In this document: positions 8,344 through 19,305 of the stretch, in pieces | Numbering within the stretch: the first letter of the stretch is position 1 | Layout: every line of letters starts with the position of its first letter | Assembly: GCA_046483985.1 (NCBI GenBank) | Contig: JAWOCD010000057.1 | Location: forward strand, 1-64,000 | Length of the DNA stretch: 64,000 nt | Direction: 5' to 3' | Source: Promethearchaeia archaeon | GTDB lineage: Archaea > Asgardarchaeota > Lokiarchaeia > Sigyniarchaeales > SOKP01 | Notes under the pieces: generated by a model | What the model saw: only the letters and a program-made list of their open reading frames with translations | Database searches by the model: none | What the model was told of the DNA's origin: nothing | Made by a program: the position numbers and the translations under genes

Positions 8344-10095
8344 TTATAATCTTTTTCGAAGTTCCTTGAGAGATAAGCAATTAACAATATTCGATTTCTC
8401 TAACCAGCCTCTTCGAGCAGTTGTTATTCCAAGATTCATATATCTCATTTGATCTTTGCTGTGAGAGTCTGTATTGATAGCAAGTTTTACATTGTGTTCC
8501 TTAGCTTTTTTGCAATTCATATCGGATAGATCCAATCTTTCTGGAAAGGCGTTAATTTCCATGAAAACATTGTGTTCTACTGCCTTTTCGAAAATTTTAA
8601 CCAGATCTAAATTATAGGATTCTCTTTCATTTAATATCCGACCTGTGGGGTGTCCAATTGCGTTTACGAATTCATTCTCTATTGCAGTGATAATTCTGTT
8701 TGTAATTTGGTCCTTTGACTGCTTGAAACCAGAATGAATACTGGCCACAACAAAATCTAATTGCTCTAATAGATCTTCACTGACATCCAGTCCTCCTTCA
8801 GAATCGATATTGGCCTCTATCCCCGTAAGAATTGTAATATTATTATATTCTTCGTTTAAATCTTCTATTTTTTTTATTTGAGACTCTAGTTCCTCATTGC
8901 TCATCCCCTGTGCAATTTGAAGTGTCTTCGCATGATCACAGATTGCTAAATATTCATATCCCCGTTTTTGCGCCGTGTCTGCCATCTCTTCTATTGAATG
9001 AGAGCCTTCACTCCATTTTGTATGGACATGTAGATCTCCTTTTATATCTGCTAACTCTACCAGGTCCGGAAGATCATCATTCAGAGCGGCTTCGACTTCC
9101 CCTCTATTTTCTCTCAGCTCTGGTACCACATAGGTTAATCCAAGTTTCGTATATATTTCTTCTTCGTTTCGTCCTGCAATTTTTTTATTTTCTTTTTTAT
9201 CCATTAAACCATATTCGCTTAATTTATAATTCTTATCCAAGGCAATTTGACGGACTTGAATGTTATGCTCTTTTGAACCAGTAAAGTATTGTAGCGCCGA
9301 ACCAAAACTTTCTTCATCAACCACCCTTAAATCCACCTGGAGATTATTTTCAGCTATTATGGTACTTCTTGTATGACCTTTGGAAACTACTTTTTTAACT
9401 TCCTCCATGTTAACAAAAAAGTCCATAACCTTTCCCGGATCTTTAGATGTTACCAAAATGTCGACATCCCCAATAGTTTCTTTCATTCTTCTTATAGAGC
9501 CTGCCACTCTTATCTTAATTACCTCGTCCAACTCTTTTAATCTTGTTTTAATATTTTCCGCAATAGGAAGAATATACCCTAAAATATGTCTTCCTTGAAA
9601 TTTTTCATATAATTTAATATTTTCAATAATATTCTGTTCGCTTTTCTCGCCAAACCCTTCCAATTCTCTGATTTTTTGATTATCAGCCGCTTCCTTAAGA
9701 TCTTCTAATGATGTAATATCTAATTCCTTGTTAAGCTTGAGAAGTGTTTTGGGACCCACCCCTTGTATATCCATAAGTTTTCTCAAACCGCTAGGAAATT
9801 CTTGGCGGAGTTCTTGCAAATATTCTAACTCCCCAGTTTCTATAATTTCTTCTATTTTTGTAGCGATACTTTCCCCTACTCCGGGAATATCTTGGATCTT
9901 CCCTTTTTCATAATAATTTCCTATGTCTTCAGAGAGAGTTTCAATATTCTGAGCAGCCCTCCTATAAGCACGGGGCTTAAATTGAACCCCCTTGAGATCG
10001 AGCAAATCTCCAATTTCATATAAAAATTCTGCTATTCTGCTATTTTTTGTAAAACTCATTTCATTCACCAGAACTCCTTTGTTAAATTGTACCAT
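8344..10095 (-). CDS. polX: DNA polymerase X with PHP domain
   Basis: AYRRAA, HhH motifs, GSIRR...GDVDIL, QVDLR, YFTGSKEHN, GDLHVHT, HPTGR, NTDSH. Start may be the later Met (MSFTKN). Confidence 0.95.
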   Translation of the reverse strand: MVQFNKGVLVNEMSFTKNSRIAEFLYEIGDLLDLKGVQFKPRAYRRAAQNIETLSEDIGNYYEKGKIQDIPGVGESIATKIEEIIETGELEYLQELRQEFPSGLRKLMDIQGVGPKTLLKLNKELDITSLEDLKEAADNQKIRELEGFGEKSEQNIIENIKLYEKFQGRHILGYILPIAENIKTRLKELDEVIKIRVAGSIRRMKETIGDVDILVTSKDPGKVMDFFVNMEEVKKVVSKGHTRSTIIAENNLQVDLRVVDEESFGSALQYFTGSKEHNIQVRQIALDKNYKLSEYGLMDKKENKKIAGRNEEEIYTKLGLTYVVPELRENRGEVEAALNDDLPDLVELADIKGDLHVHTKWSEGSHSIEEMADTAQKRGYEYLAICDHAKTLQIAQGMSNEELESQIKKIEDLNEEYNNITILTGIEANIDSEGGLDVSEDLLEQLDFVVASIHSGFKQSKDQITNRIITAIENEFVNAIGHPTGRILNERESYNLDLVKIFEKAVEHNVFMEINAFPERLDLSDMNCKKAKEHNVKLAINTDSHSKDQMRYMNLGITTARRGWLEKSNIVNCLSLKELRKRL

Positions 10096-10264
10096 TAAAC
10101 CAATTTATTGCTAAATTTATAAAGGTTGGCTTTAAATTTAATTAACGTAGGAAAAGTTAGTCCCTTAATTGATTTAACATTTAAGAAGTAGGAACTGAAA
10201 AATACGAGAAATAGAATAGTAGAAAAAATAATAAAAATAATAAAAATGTTAAGAATTATGAAAG

Positions 10265-11353
10265 TTAATCGACTACTTCTTCTTTATATGTGCTCCGCAG
10301 TATACTAAGATATTCCATCAGCACTTTGTTGGCAGTTGATTTTTGCTCGTATTCTTTTTTAATGACTCGGAACATATATTTCGGAAAGACTCGCTCAATA
10401 AAAAAATCCGATATTAACGCATAGTATTCATTGCCCTGCTCGTCTTGATACACTTGAATCATTTCATGCTCCCATAATTTTCTAAGTACCTCGTCCACAT
10501 CGTCCACACCCTTCTTTTTCAGCTTTTCTAACTCATTACGGGTTACGATAGCCGTCCGCAACAGTTTAATTGTTATGTAAACAGCGGGTTCAACAAAAAT
10601 GGAAAGTATTTTTAGATTTTCCTCCTCAGAAGGGTGGTAATCTTTGAAGAAATTCCTACAATGCTTTCTATAGGTATCTACAAAATCGCTTGGTAATCCT
10701 CTGTTTGAAGGATCTCGTGTCAACTCAACGGGAGGTATCCGCATCATCAAGAGATCATGAGTAAGGAAAATTGTTTCTGAAGGCATTCCTTTTACGGAGG
10801 CTTGTTTAACGCAGCCTTGGGTAATAATTTGTGATAGAATTCCTTCTAAATCAATGAATCCCTCAGTATATTTATCTTTTAACCAGACCATTAATTCTGA
10901 TTTGGAAACAACGCCCTCTTCACGAAGACGATTGATAATCATCCGTTTTACCTCATCCTGATAGGTCATTGCAAGCTGTTGTTCCTCATTGAGCGTGGGA
11001 TATACCGACAACCGTTGAAATAAGGAAGGAAGCATGTCCTTGTACGCTTGGTTTTCAACGTTTGCTAAGATTATTCGGGCAATATCCATAAGTCCTCCTT
11101 CATAACCATCTGGATTTTCATCAAGATTTAAAAGAAGGAGAACATAGTAACCCTTTTCGGGACCAGTATAATACGAAGCTATATTTAATGAACCCACCAT
11201 CAAACTGATCATACCCGCTTCTTGGCTATATTCATGGGTACTATAAACTTGCATAAGTGTTTTGGGGGTTATTTTTACCTCTTCCGGATATTTCGCCTCA
11301 ACGACAGAGCCAGTTCTTTCGTCCCATCTCATAAGCACCAAACCAACTGGCAT
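10265..11353 (-). CDS. Conserved hypothetical protein with longin/uDENN-like N-terminus and helical/winged-helix-like C-terminal part
   Basis: GLVLMRWDERTGSVVEAKYP beta-hairpin pattern; start overlaps the stop of the surface-protein gene (TAATG). Confidence 0.6.
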   Translation of the reverse strand: MPVGLVLMRWDERTGSVVEAKYPEEVKITPKTLMQVYSTHEYSQEAGMISLMVGSLNIASYYTGPEKGYYVLLLLNLDENPDGYEGGLMDIARIILANVENQAYKDMLPSLFQRLSVYPTLNEEQQLAMTYQDEVKRMIINRLREEGVVSKSELMVWLKDKYTEGFIDLEGILSQIITQGCVKQASVKGMPSETIFLTHDLLMMRIPPVELTRDPSNRGLPSDFVDTYRKHCRNFFKDYHPSEEENLKILSIFVEPAVYITIKLLRTAIVTRNELEKLKKKGVDDVDEVLRKLWEHEMIQVYQDEQGNEYYALISDFFIERVFPKYMFRVIKKEYEQKSTANKVLMEYLSILRSTYKEEVVD

Positions 11354-14300
11354 TACTTAGAGCCACCTCCTTGGTCTTTATCAATCGGTTTTTTCTTTAT
11401 CTTTGTTTCTTCCACCCCTAATATAGCACCCAAGGATAAGCCATATTCTCTCCATTTGTCACCTAATTTCTTCGCAGCAAATTCCTTTTTGCTTGGATAT
11501 ATTAATGATTCTGGAATTTTCTTATTCGATTCAATGGCTTCCTTCATCTTGTCAGCACGTTTGACAAATTCTGGTATTCGGGCAAGTCGTATATACCGAT
11601 ATGTCCCCAAGGAGCCAATAAGGCCAACGCCGAAAATTATACCTAGTATGAGGTAAAAAATTGGAATCGGTCCCACCTTCTCCATCCCCACATAAACATT
11701 GAAATTTATTTCTTGGGTTTCGTAGTTCTCCTTTTCAATCTCTAGAGTACATGAAAATGTTTTGCCTTGCAGGAGGGTTTCATATTGCTCTGTTTCGAGG
11801 GTGAGAGTATATATTCCCGGTTCAGTTTCCTCCAGTACGTAGGTTTCACCGTTTTCACCGTTTTCACCGTTTTCACCGGCTATTCTTAAGGTTAGAGTGG
11901 CATTTGTTAAAGCCATATCAAGACCATCGGTAGAGGAATCTGAGAGGTTAAAGCGTAAGGTAATCTCCTCTCCATGCTCAACGGTTAACGTCTTAGTATC
12001 TTCATATATTCCTTGATTATCAGTAAAATCAAAAGTTCGCTTTTCAATAATCACCGTAAGGGAAATATTAATCGTCTCAAAGTTTAACTTAGAAATGGAA
12101 ATTTTTGCGAGATCTGTTCTTGATGACTCTTCAAACTTATCATAATCAGTTATATTAATTTTATAGGTTCCGTTCTCTAAATGTTCGAATTTATAATTAC
12201 TTCCTTGATAAGTCATATTGATATCTGCACCCTCAACTGGTGGTTCATTATCCTCAATTTCATTTGTAAGAGTGATATTGAATGCTAGGGGATCACCATC
12301 ATATATACTGACTTCGTAACCCTCACTCCCTTCTTCCGGAAACGAGAAATTGTAATTAAATTGAATATTCGTAATTTTAATTGCGATTTGGTGTTGTTGC
12401 GTAAGGTATTGAGCCTTTTCCATCTTTATATCGGCCATAAAGGTTTGCGACTCCAAATATTCTTCTAATCGAGTATAATTGTCCCCTGCCTTTAAAGTGA
12501 GAGTGTAATTTCCATCACCCTCATATGTAAAATTAAAATCGGTATCTTGAAATGTCATACTCACATTGGCCCCTTCTAAAGATTCGTTTTCTTTGTCTGT
12601 AAGAGTAAAAGTCAATTTAATATTCTCACCTGAATATATAGAATATAAGTTCTCTTCTCCATCTTCTCCAAAGTCTTCTCCATGCATTTTATAATCAAAT
12701 TCACGTCTTCGAATAATTACCGTTATATAAGATGTTTCAGTAATATAATTTTCTTTTTCTATGGTGAGCTCAACGTTATCGCTTGTGATGGTTTGAAAAT
12801 CGTCTAATTTAGGTAAGTCCTCAGCGGAAATGGTCATGTTGTATGTACCATCTCCATTGTCCGTGAAATTAGCCCCGGAATCATATTTGATTGTAGCATT
12901 ATCGAGTGACATACTTGTAAGGTTATCATTGAGGGAAATATTCAAATGAAGATCTTCTCCTTCATAGATTTCTACTTCTTGATCCTCGATTTCCATTTCT
13001 TGATCTCCAGTTGAATATGTTAAATTATAAGCAAATTCCCTGTTAGTGATCGTAATGGTGATGGTGTCAATCTGTGTGGAATAATTCGTCTTTTGTGCGG
13101 TAATGGTGAGCATATGAGTTCCTACGTCTAAAGCACCTGGCGCGATGGTGGCGTTGTAATAGATTCCCTCTAATTCAAGGGTTCCATTGATGCCGCTCCC
13201 TGTTATGATGACGTTCGCGTCTTCGATATAGCTTTCCAAGTCTGTATCATTGTAGCCGATTGCCACGGAAATCGATTCATTCCACGCTACCTCATAACTA
13301 CTTCTTTTCTCTCCGTCTATGAACGGGTCCGAGATCTCCGTTTCCCTGTTAGTGACCGTTACGGATATTCTGATCGAACTAACGGTGTAATTGTCCTTGA
13401 TTCCCTCAAGGGTGAATGTATGTGTATCCACTGGAAGCTTCCCTGCCTCGATAGTCCCGTTATAGGTCCCATCTCTTTCTTCTAAAGAAACGGAAATGTC
13501 CTCGTTAGAAAGGGTGAGATTAAGATTCGAAACAAATTCATCTGTTTGAGAATCATTAATAACCACGCCAATGGGTAATGAGTCATTCCACGGTAAGGCT
13601 ATGGCTCTGTCATCTGTACTATTAACATTGTTTAAGAATAATTGATCATAATAGAATTCTCGATTTTCTACTCGTAGTGTAAGCGGAATAATGGTAGTGG
13701 TATAATTTGCCTTGGTGATATTTAGTTCTGCCGAAAAGATGTCATAAATTAATTCTGGATCCAAGGGTTGATAATCGGTGATATGTAAGGAATAGTTACC
13801 GCCTTCGTTTTCCTCTAATGAGTAGGACAGTTCATTAAAGAAATCTGTATCTTCAAGTTGTAGGGTCACATTTGCATCTTCAATTGCGGATAGATCACTA
13901 CTATCATTTAATTGAATGCTAAACGATACGGGGTCACCGCAATCCATTTTTAATCTCTCACGGTTATCAAATTCCTCCGATAATGTCCAATTAATGTCCC
14001 GTATATTAACTCTTAAATTAACAATTGCCATCCGACTTTCATAATTATCCTTTTCCAAGTAGACGTATATGTTATATTCTCCGGTATCTCTATTCTCAGT
14101 GTTAAAATCCAGTAAAAGAGAGCCATTAGAAAGGGGTATTAAATTCCCCTCTTCTTCATTTCCCCATTCCCATTCTGCTACCGTTAAGTCTTCTATAGTG
14201 CTATTATCATCGCGAATATCGCGATATGTGAAAGTAAAATTGACCGCTTCCCCAACATCGATTGTTTCGGATACACTAAGGACATCGGTGTGATTGTTAA

Positions 14301-17139
14301 TTGAGGTTGGTCTTCGTACGATATAAACGGTATCAGTTATTTCTTCTGTGGTATGATTCTCTTTCCTCATTATAATCTCCATAGTATAAGAACCAACATC
14401 ATCGGGAAGCGATGCATTCACAAGGAATGTATAATTTCCAGGATTTTCGGGGTCTTCGGCATCGTCAATATAGTCAGCCGAATCCCAATCCCCTAAGGAA
14501 TAGGACAATTCAGCTCCCGAAATTGACGAGTTATCATTGGTATTCCTATAAGACACGGTGATATTTTCGGATTCATCGTAATAAATATCATCGTAGTCGT
14601 GCAATTCGACTTCTGTTGGCAATGCTTGCACTTCGAAACCGATGTTTAACGGGTCGGGATCGGTATACCCCGTCTTGGACGCTGTGATCCGCATAGAATA
14701 AGACTCACTATCTTCACCACTGCTCAAACCTTGTTCGGTTGTGTTAAACGTGAAATTAAATATTCCAGTTTCACCCTCAACTTTATGTTCCATTAGGTCG
14801 ATGGGGTCTCCAATGTTTATATATTGACTATCGCGAAATTGCAATTGAATCGTATCGGGATCTACTAATTCGGAATCAGTTTCATTTACTATACTCGAAA
14901 AATTTACTTTTATGCTGACATTGTCTCCCCACTCAATATCTTCAAAAAAATTTGAAGGTTCTTGGTCAATTTTCTCAAGTTTTGTTTCATAATCTTCAAT
15001 ATTTAGCTGTACCTCCAATGAAAGACTGAGTTGATCATCGAAGGTCATATTCAATCCTTGGTCTTTCTCGAGCCACTCATCATTGCCTTTTTCCCTAAAA
15101 GTTCGATTACTTCCTGCAAATTCAATTAAAACAGTATAATTTCCCCACTCTGCCGTTTGATTATTCAATCCATAAAAGGTTGCAGTGCCCTCTCCATCAG
15201 TTTTTAATTCTGCCACGCGATCTTGCTCTTTAGGGCTATATGTCTCATTATAAATCTTTACCAAGGCATTCTGGAGCGGATCATTAGAATCATCTCTTAC
15301 CTCAAATGAAACACTCGAGAATAAGGTTTGTTTTTCAATGTCCGTAGAATTTCTGGAAACGGTATCGTTAAAAATCAACAATTGACTTTGATTATAGAGT
15401 GAATCATCGGTAAGCATAGTATAATCATAATAAACCTCATAATCGTATTCCGATTGGTTAAGCCATCTGATAGTTGCCATACCATTATCTAATGTCTGAT
15501 TTCCCACTGTCTCGGAATCATTTTGCAGCAGAATATAGCCGTTATCTATTGGTTCATCATCATAATCGGAAATATTGAAATGTAGTGTCCATAAATCAAG
15601 GTCAAGTTCTTTTACGGGATCTTCCTCTAACCCCGTTAAGTTATAATCCTCCTCAAAGTACACAATTTCGGTTTCTCCGTCGATGAGTCCATGTTGTGTG
15701 TAGTTCACCGTTATATTGTAAAGACCCTCAGAGAGATCAGTAGCCATGAACTTTCCATCCTCATCGGTCACACCAGATTGATGAAAATCATCTTCTCCAG
15801 AAATGATAACCTCTGCATTTGGAACACTAAAGTTGTCAACATCCACGCAATTTATTTCAAGGTCCGCAGAAATACGGTCTCCTATCTCCACAATCGGTTC
15901 GCTATCTGTATATTTCTTTACCATAGTTGTATTGGGACTGTTGGGGGTTGTATAGCCTCGGTAATCGTATAAGTCTGAAATTTCTTCTTGCGAGAGAGTT
16001 TCATTAAAAATCATTAATTCATCTTGAACATGTTGCGCTGGGTCTTCCCCTTTTCCAATCGATAAATTTTCACCAGTGGCAGATATTGCACTAAGTCCAC
16101 TATCCTCGGACTTTCTTTCTACTCCATCAACATATATACTCATTAATCCTTGATCAAATGTTGCCACCACATGTTGCCATTCGTTTAATTTATACTCATA
16201 TTCTACGCCCTCTTGTGCTTGGATTTCATAGGTATTTCCTCCATCCCCGACCCAGAAAAAAATCCCTTGACGGTCAGGTTGTTGTGGATGTCGTTCCAAA
16301 CGAAATGCATATCCTCTCCCATCTTCACCATTTCGAGCCTCAAGGATAGGCATTTCGAAATTCTTCTCATCATATTGAGGTTTTAGCCAAAACGATAAAG
16401 ACATTTGCTCCATGTCGGAATTTAAACTCTCATTATTCCCAATCTCAACATATCCAGGATTAGATAACTCTAGGGCATTCCCAAACACACCGTCAACCCA
16501 AGTTGGATCTTCCATTAATGTCCCGTGGTTCTCATTTCCAGATGTATCATTAGCACTAATCCCCTCTCCTTCATCAAAATGCCAAGCCCCTTGGGTACCA
16601 TCAAGGACAGCGATAAATGTGTCTTCCGCACTTGACTGACATGTCGCATTAGGATTTCCGAAGTACATATAAAATGTAGTTTCTTCATTAAGTTCCAGCG
16701 TGGGTACCTTCACCCAGATCGTACTATTGTTGCCGCTTGTATCATCAATTTTTTCGATCCAGTAATCGAGCTCGGTGTTGGTCGAATCTACAAAACGAAT
16801 ATCCTTTCCGGTTTCATTCATATACTCGTTATCAATCCAGTTCGCCATCTGTATATCAATCCGGGTCGGATAATTTTCTAACTGTTCACCAGTCGAAGTT
16901 ATATTTATCGGAACTCTATGCTGCCACGTGTCATTCCACCATTCCACATCTGAAGAATGGAGAGGGGAATTTAAATCTTCAGTCTCTTTTATATCTTCGA
17001 TTTGACTTCTTGTATTTTGGTTTTGATAATTATCTGTGGATTTATCCGCTGGAAACATTAAAAAAATAGCTGACAGCATCAAAATCATCATAACTAGTAA
17101 GGTCATTACTTGAAATTTTTTGCTTTGTGGTTTTATCAT
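11353..17139 (-). CDS. Giant acidic cell-surface protein: N-terminal anchor, DUF2341, LamG, tandem Ig-like repeats, C-terminal TM and cytoplasmic tail
   Basis: WWNDTWQHRVPI...DIRF...LDYWIE...IWVKVP...YMYFGNP (DUF2341); WHFDEGEG, WQHVVATFD...IYVDG (LamG); repeated ...K.NY... beta modules; many N-x-S/T sequons; TM near the C-terminus. Confidence 0.85.
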   Translation of the reverse strand: MIKPQSKKFQVMTLLVMMILMLSAIFLMFPADKSTDNYQNQNTRSQIEDIKETEDLNSPLHSSDVEWWNDTWQHRVPINITSTGEQLENYPTRIDIQMANWIDNEYMNETGKDIRFVDSTNTELDYWIEKIDDTSGNNSTIWVKVPTLELNEETTFYMYFGNPNATCQSSAEDTFIAVLDGTQGAWHFDEGEGISANDTSGNENHGTLMEDPTWVDGVFGNALELSNPGYVEIGNNESLNSDMEQMSLSFWLKPQYDEKNFEMPILEARNGEDGRGYAFRLERHPQQPDRQGIFFWVGDGGNTYEIQAQEGVEYEYKLNEWQHVVATFDQGLMSIYVDGVERKSEDSGLSAISATGENLSIGKGEDPAQHVQDELMIFNETLSQEEISDLYDYRGYTTPNSPNTTMVKKYTDSEPIVEIGDRISADLEINCVDVDNFSVPNAEVIISGEDDFHQSGVTDEDGKFMATDLSEGLYNITVNYTQHGLIDGETEIVYFEEDYNLTGLEEDPVKELDLDLWTLHFNISDYDDEPIDNGYILLQNDSETVGNQTLDNGMATIRWLNQSEYDYEVYYDYTMLTDDSLYNQSQLLIFNDTVSRNSTDIEKQTLFSSVSFEVRDDSNDPLQNALVKIYNETYSPKEQDRVAELKTDGEGTATFYGLNNQTAEWGNYTVLIEFAGSNRTFREKGNDEWLEKDQGLNMTFDDQLSLSLEVQLNIEDYETKLEKIDQEPSNFFEDIEWGDNVSIKVNFSSIVNETDSELVDPDTIQLQFRDSQYINIGDPIDLMEHKVEGETGIFNFTFNTTEQGLSSGEDSESYSMRITASKTGYTDPDPLNIGFEVQALPTEVELHDYDDIYYDESENITVSYRNTNDNSSISGAELSYSLGDWDSADYIDDAEDPENPGNYTFLVNASLPDDVGSYTMEIIMRKENHTTEEITDTVYIVRRPTSINNHTDVLSVSETIDVGEAVNFTFTYRDIRDDNSTIEDLTVAEWEWGNEEEGNLIPLSNGSLLLDFNTENRDTGEYNIYVYLEKDNYESRMAIVNLRVNIRDINWTLSEEFDNRERLKMDCGDPVSFSIQLNDSSDLSAIEDANVTLQLEDTDFFNELSYSLEENEGGNYSLHITDYQPLDPELIYDIFSAELNITKANYTTTIIPLTLRVENREFYYDQLFLNNVNSTDDRAIALPWNDSLPIGVVINDSQTDEFVSNLNLTLSNEDISVSLEERDGTYNGTIEAGKLPVDTHTFTLEGIKDNYTVSSIRISVTVTNRETEISDPFIDGEKRSSYEVAWNESISVAIGYNDTDLESYIEDANVIITGSGINGTLELEGIYYNATIAPGALDVGTHMLTITAQKTNYSTQIDTITITITNREFAYNLTYSTGDQEMEIEDQEVEIYEGEDLHLNISLNDNLTSMSLDNATIKYDSGANFTDNGDGTYNMTISAEDLPKLDDFQTITSDNVELTIEKENYITETSYITVIIRRREFDYKMHGEDFGEDGEENLYSIYSGENIKLTFTLTDKENESLEGANVSMTFQDTDFNFTYEGDGNYTLTLKAGDNYTRLEEYLESQTFMADIKMEKAQYLTQQHQIAIKITNIQFNYNFSFPEEGSEGYEVSIYDGDPLAFNITLTNEIEDNEPPVEGADINMTYQGSNYKFEHLENGTYKINITDYDKFEESSRTDLAKISISKLNFETINISLTVIIEKRTFDFTDNQGIYEDTKTLTVEHGEEITLRFNLSDSSTDGLDMALTNATLTLRIAGENGENGENGETYVLEETEPGIYTLTLETEQYETLLQGKTFSCTLEIEKENYETQEINFNVYVGMEKVGPIPIFYLILGIIFGVGLIGSLGTYRYIRLARIPEFVKRADKMKEAIESNKKIPESLIYPSKKEFAAKKLGDKWREYGLSLGAILGVEETKIKKKPIDKDQGGGSK
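11844..11878. repeat. In-frame 9-bp tandem repeat (TTTCACCGT, about 4 units) encoding GENGENGENGE
   Basis: Seen directly in DNA and in the translation. Confidence 0.9.
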
Positions 17140-17540
17140 CTTTTTTAACCTAATTCATTTTTTATAAATTAAATGTTAAAAAATTTTATCCTGTTATAAG
17201 AAAAATAAAATTTATATAGTTATAATATACATAAATATTTCCTTTTTAAAACTATTCTTATGGATAGTGAATTAACCATATATATAAATAAAGATTGGTT
17301 ATTTTAGGCGTTTACTCGATATCAGCCCCCTTATCTCCCAGATGATAGAAAGTCTCCTCTTTATAAAGAGGATATTAAAAAAGATCATTAAGAATCAATA
17401 TTTTTTAGCCAATAGGTTTAAATATTATATCATGCGGTAAAACTAATATAGAGTAGAATTTTTTAAAGTATGTAAAGACGTGCGGGAGATATCTGGTCCC
17501 GAATAACCTTCCCTAATAATTTTAAGCAATAAATGGTGAG

Positions 17541-17894
17541 GTGGTTTTAATGAACAAGGAATTTATCCAAAATTACGGTTTCGGTTCAATAATTATTGAT
17601 AATAAGAAATATACCGACGATCTCATATTATTAAAAAGAAAAATTATCCCTCATTGGTGGCGAGATAAAGGACATCATTTACAAAAGTCAGATTTAGACA
17701 AGGTGCTTTCTTTTGAACCCGATGTATTAATAATTGGAAAAGGATATTACGGGCGGATGAAAGTACCCAATAATTTAGTTGAAACTCTTGAATTTGAGGT
17801 AATATCAGCCAAAACCAAAAAAGCCACAAAAATATACAATCAAAAACTTCAAAAAAACAAAAAGATTGCCGGAGCCTTTCATTTAACTTGCTAA
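17541..17894 (+). CDS. Mth938-like (DUF498/AAMDC) protein
   Basis: YGFGSIII...WWR..GH...LIIGKG..G.M...FHLTC. Confidence 0.9.
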   Translation: MVLMNKEFIQNYGFGSIIIDNKKYTDDLILLKRKIIPHWWRDKGHHLQKSDLDKVLSFEPDVLIIGKGYYGRMKVPNNLVETLEFEVISAKTKKATKIYNQKLQKNKKIAGAFHLTC

Positions 17895-17920
17895 AAATAT
17901 AAAAATGTTTGTATAATATA

Positions 17921-17973
17921 CGAAATTCATCCCCACCCTAAAGGGATGGGGACTTCTTTCGCAGATCGTTAAA
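17921..17973 (-). mobile_element. IS200/IS605 left-end-like hairpin remnant
   Basis: CGAAA...CCCCACCC-TAAA-GGGATGGGG...TTTCG nested stem; 35 nt (17935-17969) identical to 23463-23497. Confidence 0.7.
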
Positions 17974-18115
17974 ACAGACCAAATGCTTTGAATTTTTAAT
18001 GGACGGCTTAATTTCAGCTATCAGATTATCAAAAACCTCGAAAAACAAAATAAAACCTATATTTTATTTTTGAACGACATAAAATCTAACGTAGTTTTTG
18101 AAGGGAGTAATCAAC

Positions 18116-18523
18116 ATGAAGTATGAGCACTCGATTGGAGCAATCGTTTATAATGATGATGAATATCTCTTATTAAAGTATGGAATGGGTCATTGGGGAT
18201 TAGTAAAAGGGAACAGAGAAGAAAGGGAATCAGAAAGAGAAACCATTTTGCGAGAACTAAAAGAAGAAACCTCTATTGCCAACGGTGAAATTGTAGAAGG
18301 ATTTAGAGAGAAAACAGACTATTTTTACAAGTTGAAGGGAGAAACTATTCATAAGTTTGTCGTATACCTACTTATTGAATCAGAGACTAAAGAAGTGGAA
18401 CTAAGTTATGAACACGATGATTTTAAATGGTTGTCTTTTGAAGAAGCAGTTGCCAAAGTTAATTTTGGAGATGTAAAGGATATTCTTAAAAAAGCACATA
18501 AATATATCACTCAAAGTGATTAA
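18116..18523 (+). CDS. NUDIX hydrolase (Ap4A hydrolase-like)
   Basis: HWGLVKG...ETILRELKEET Nudix box, LSYEHDDFKW; ATG at 18116 follows GGAG. Confidence 0.88.
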   Translation: MKYEHSIGAIVYNDDEYLLLKYGMGHWGLVKGNREERESERETILRELKEETSIANGEIVEGFREKTDYFYKLKGETIHKFVVYLLIESETKEVELSYEHDDFKWLSFEEAVAKVNFGDVKDILKKAHKYITQSD

Positions 18524-18719
18524 TTCATCTTCAATATCAGTTACCCCTTCATTATAGCACGCAGCATCCATAGCCGCCTCATAAGCGTCAGTCCAATACA
18601 GTACCTAATAGGGTAACAACTCCATCTTTTACTTTTACAGTAAATGCCATTTTAAACTATTGTTTAAGTTATGTAAGAAAAATATTTTTAAGGAAAGAAA
18701 AAACCTATTTTATTTAACT

Positions 18720-19295
18720 ATGGATGCATTAAAAGAACCGAGTAGAAAAGGAGAAAAAAGCCTTGAATTTTGTATTTCTCATCGCGAAAGCAGACGTTCT
18801 TTTTCGAATAAAAAAGTTAGTAGAGAAAAGATTTCTCAACTTTTATGGGCGGGGCAGGGCAAAATTAATGGAAATCGAGCAGCACCTTCAGCCGGTGCAA
18901 CTTATCCTTTATATTTATATATGGTCAAAAATGGGAAAGAATTTTTAAAATACGATCCAGAGGACCATAAACTTGATTTAATCAAGGAAAAAAAGAATTT
19001 TGACATTTATATTGCACGTGACGCATTAAGTCAAATGTTTATCTCAGAAGCACCCCTAATAATTATAATTTGTGCCAATTATCAGCATACTACTAGGCGA
19101 TATGGAAAAAGGGGAAGACGATATGTATTGATTGAAGTTGGACACGCTGCCCAAAATATTTTACTGCAAGCAGAAGCATTAGACTTAACATCTGTTCCCA
19201 TAGGTGCCTTTAAAGATTCAAATCTTAAAAAGACCTTAGAGTTACCAGATGCCACCCAACCATTATATATTCTTCCCATAGGATATCCCGAATAA
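18720..19295 (+). CDS. SagB/ThcOx-family nitroreductase
   Basis: RESRRSF, SQLLWAGQG, RAAPSAGATYPL, EVGHAAQN, IGAF; start placed at the second Met. Confidence 0.9.
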   Translation: MDALKEPSRKGEKSLEFCISHRESRRSFSNKKVSREKISQLLWAGQGKINGNRAAPSAGATYPLYLYMVKNGKEFLKYDPEDHKLDLIKEKKNFDIYIARDALSQMFISEAPLIIIICANYQHTTRRYGKRGRRYVLIEVGHAAQNILLQAEALDLTSVPIGAFKDSNLKKTLELPDATQPLYILPIGYPE

Positions 19296-19305
19296 AGTGA
19301 TTTCA

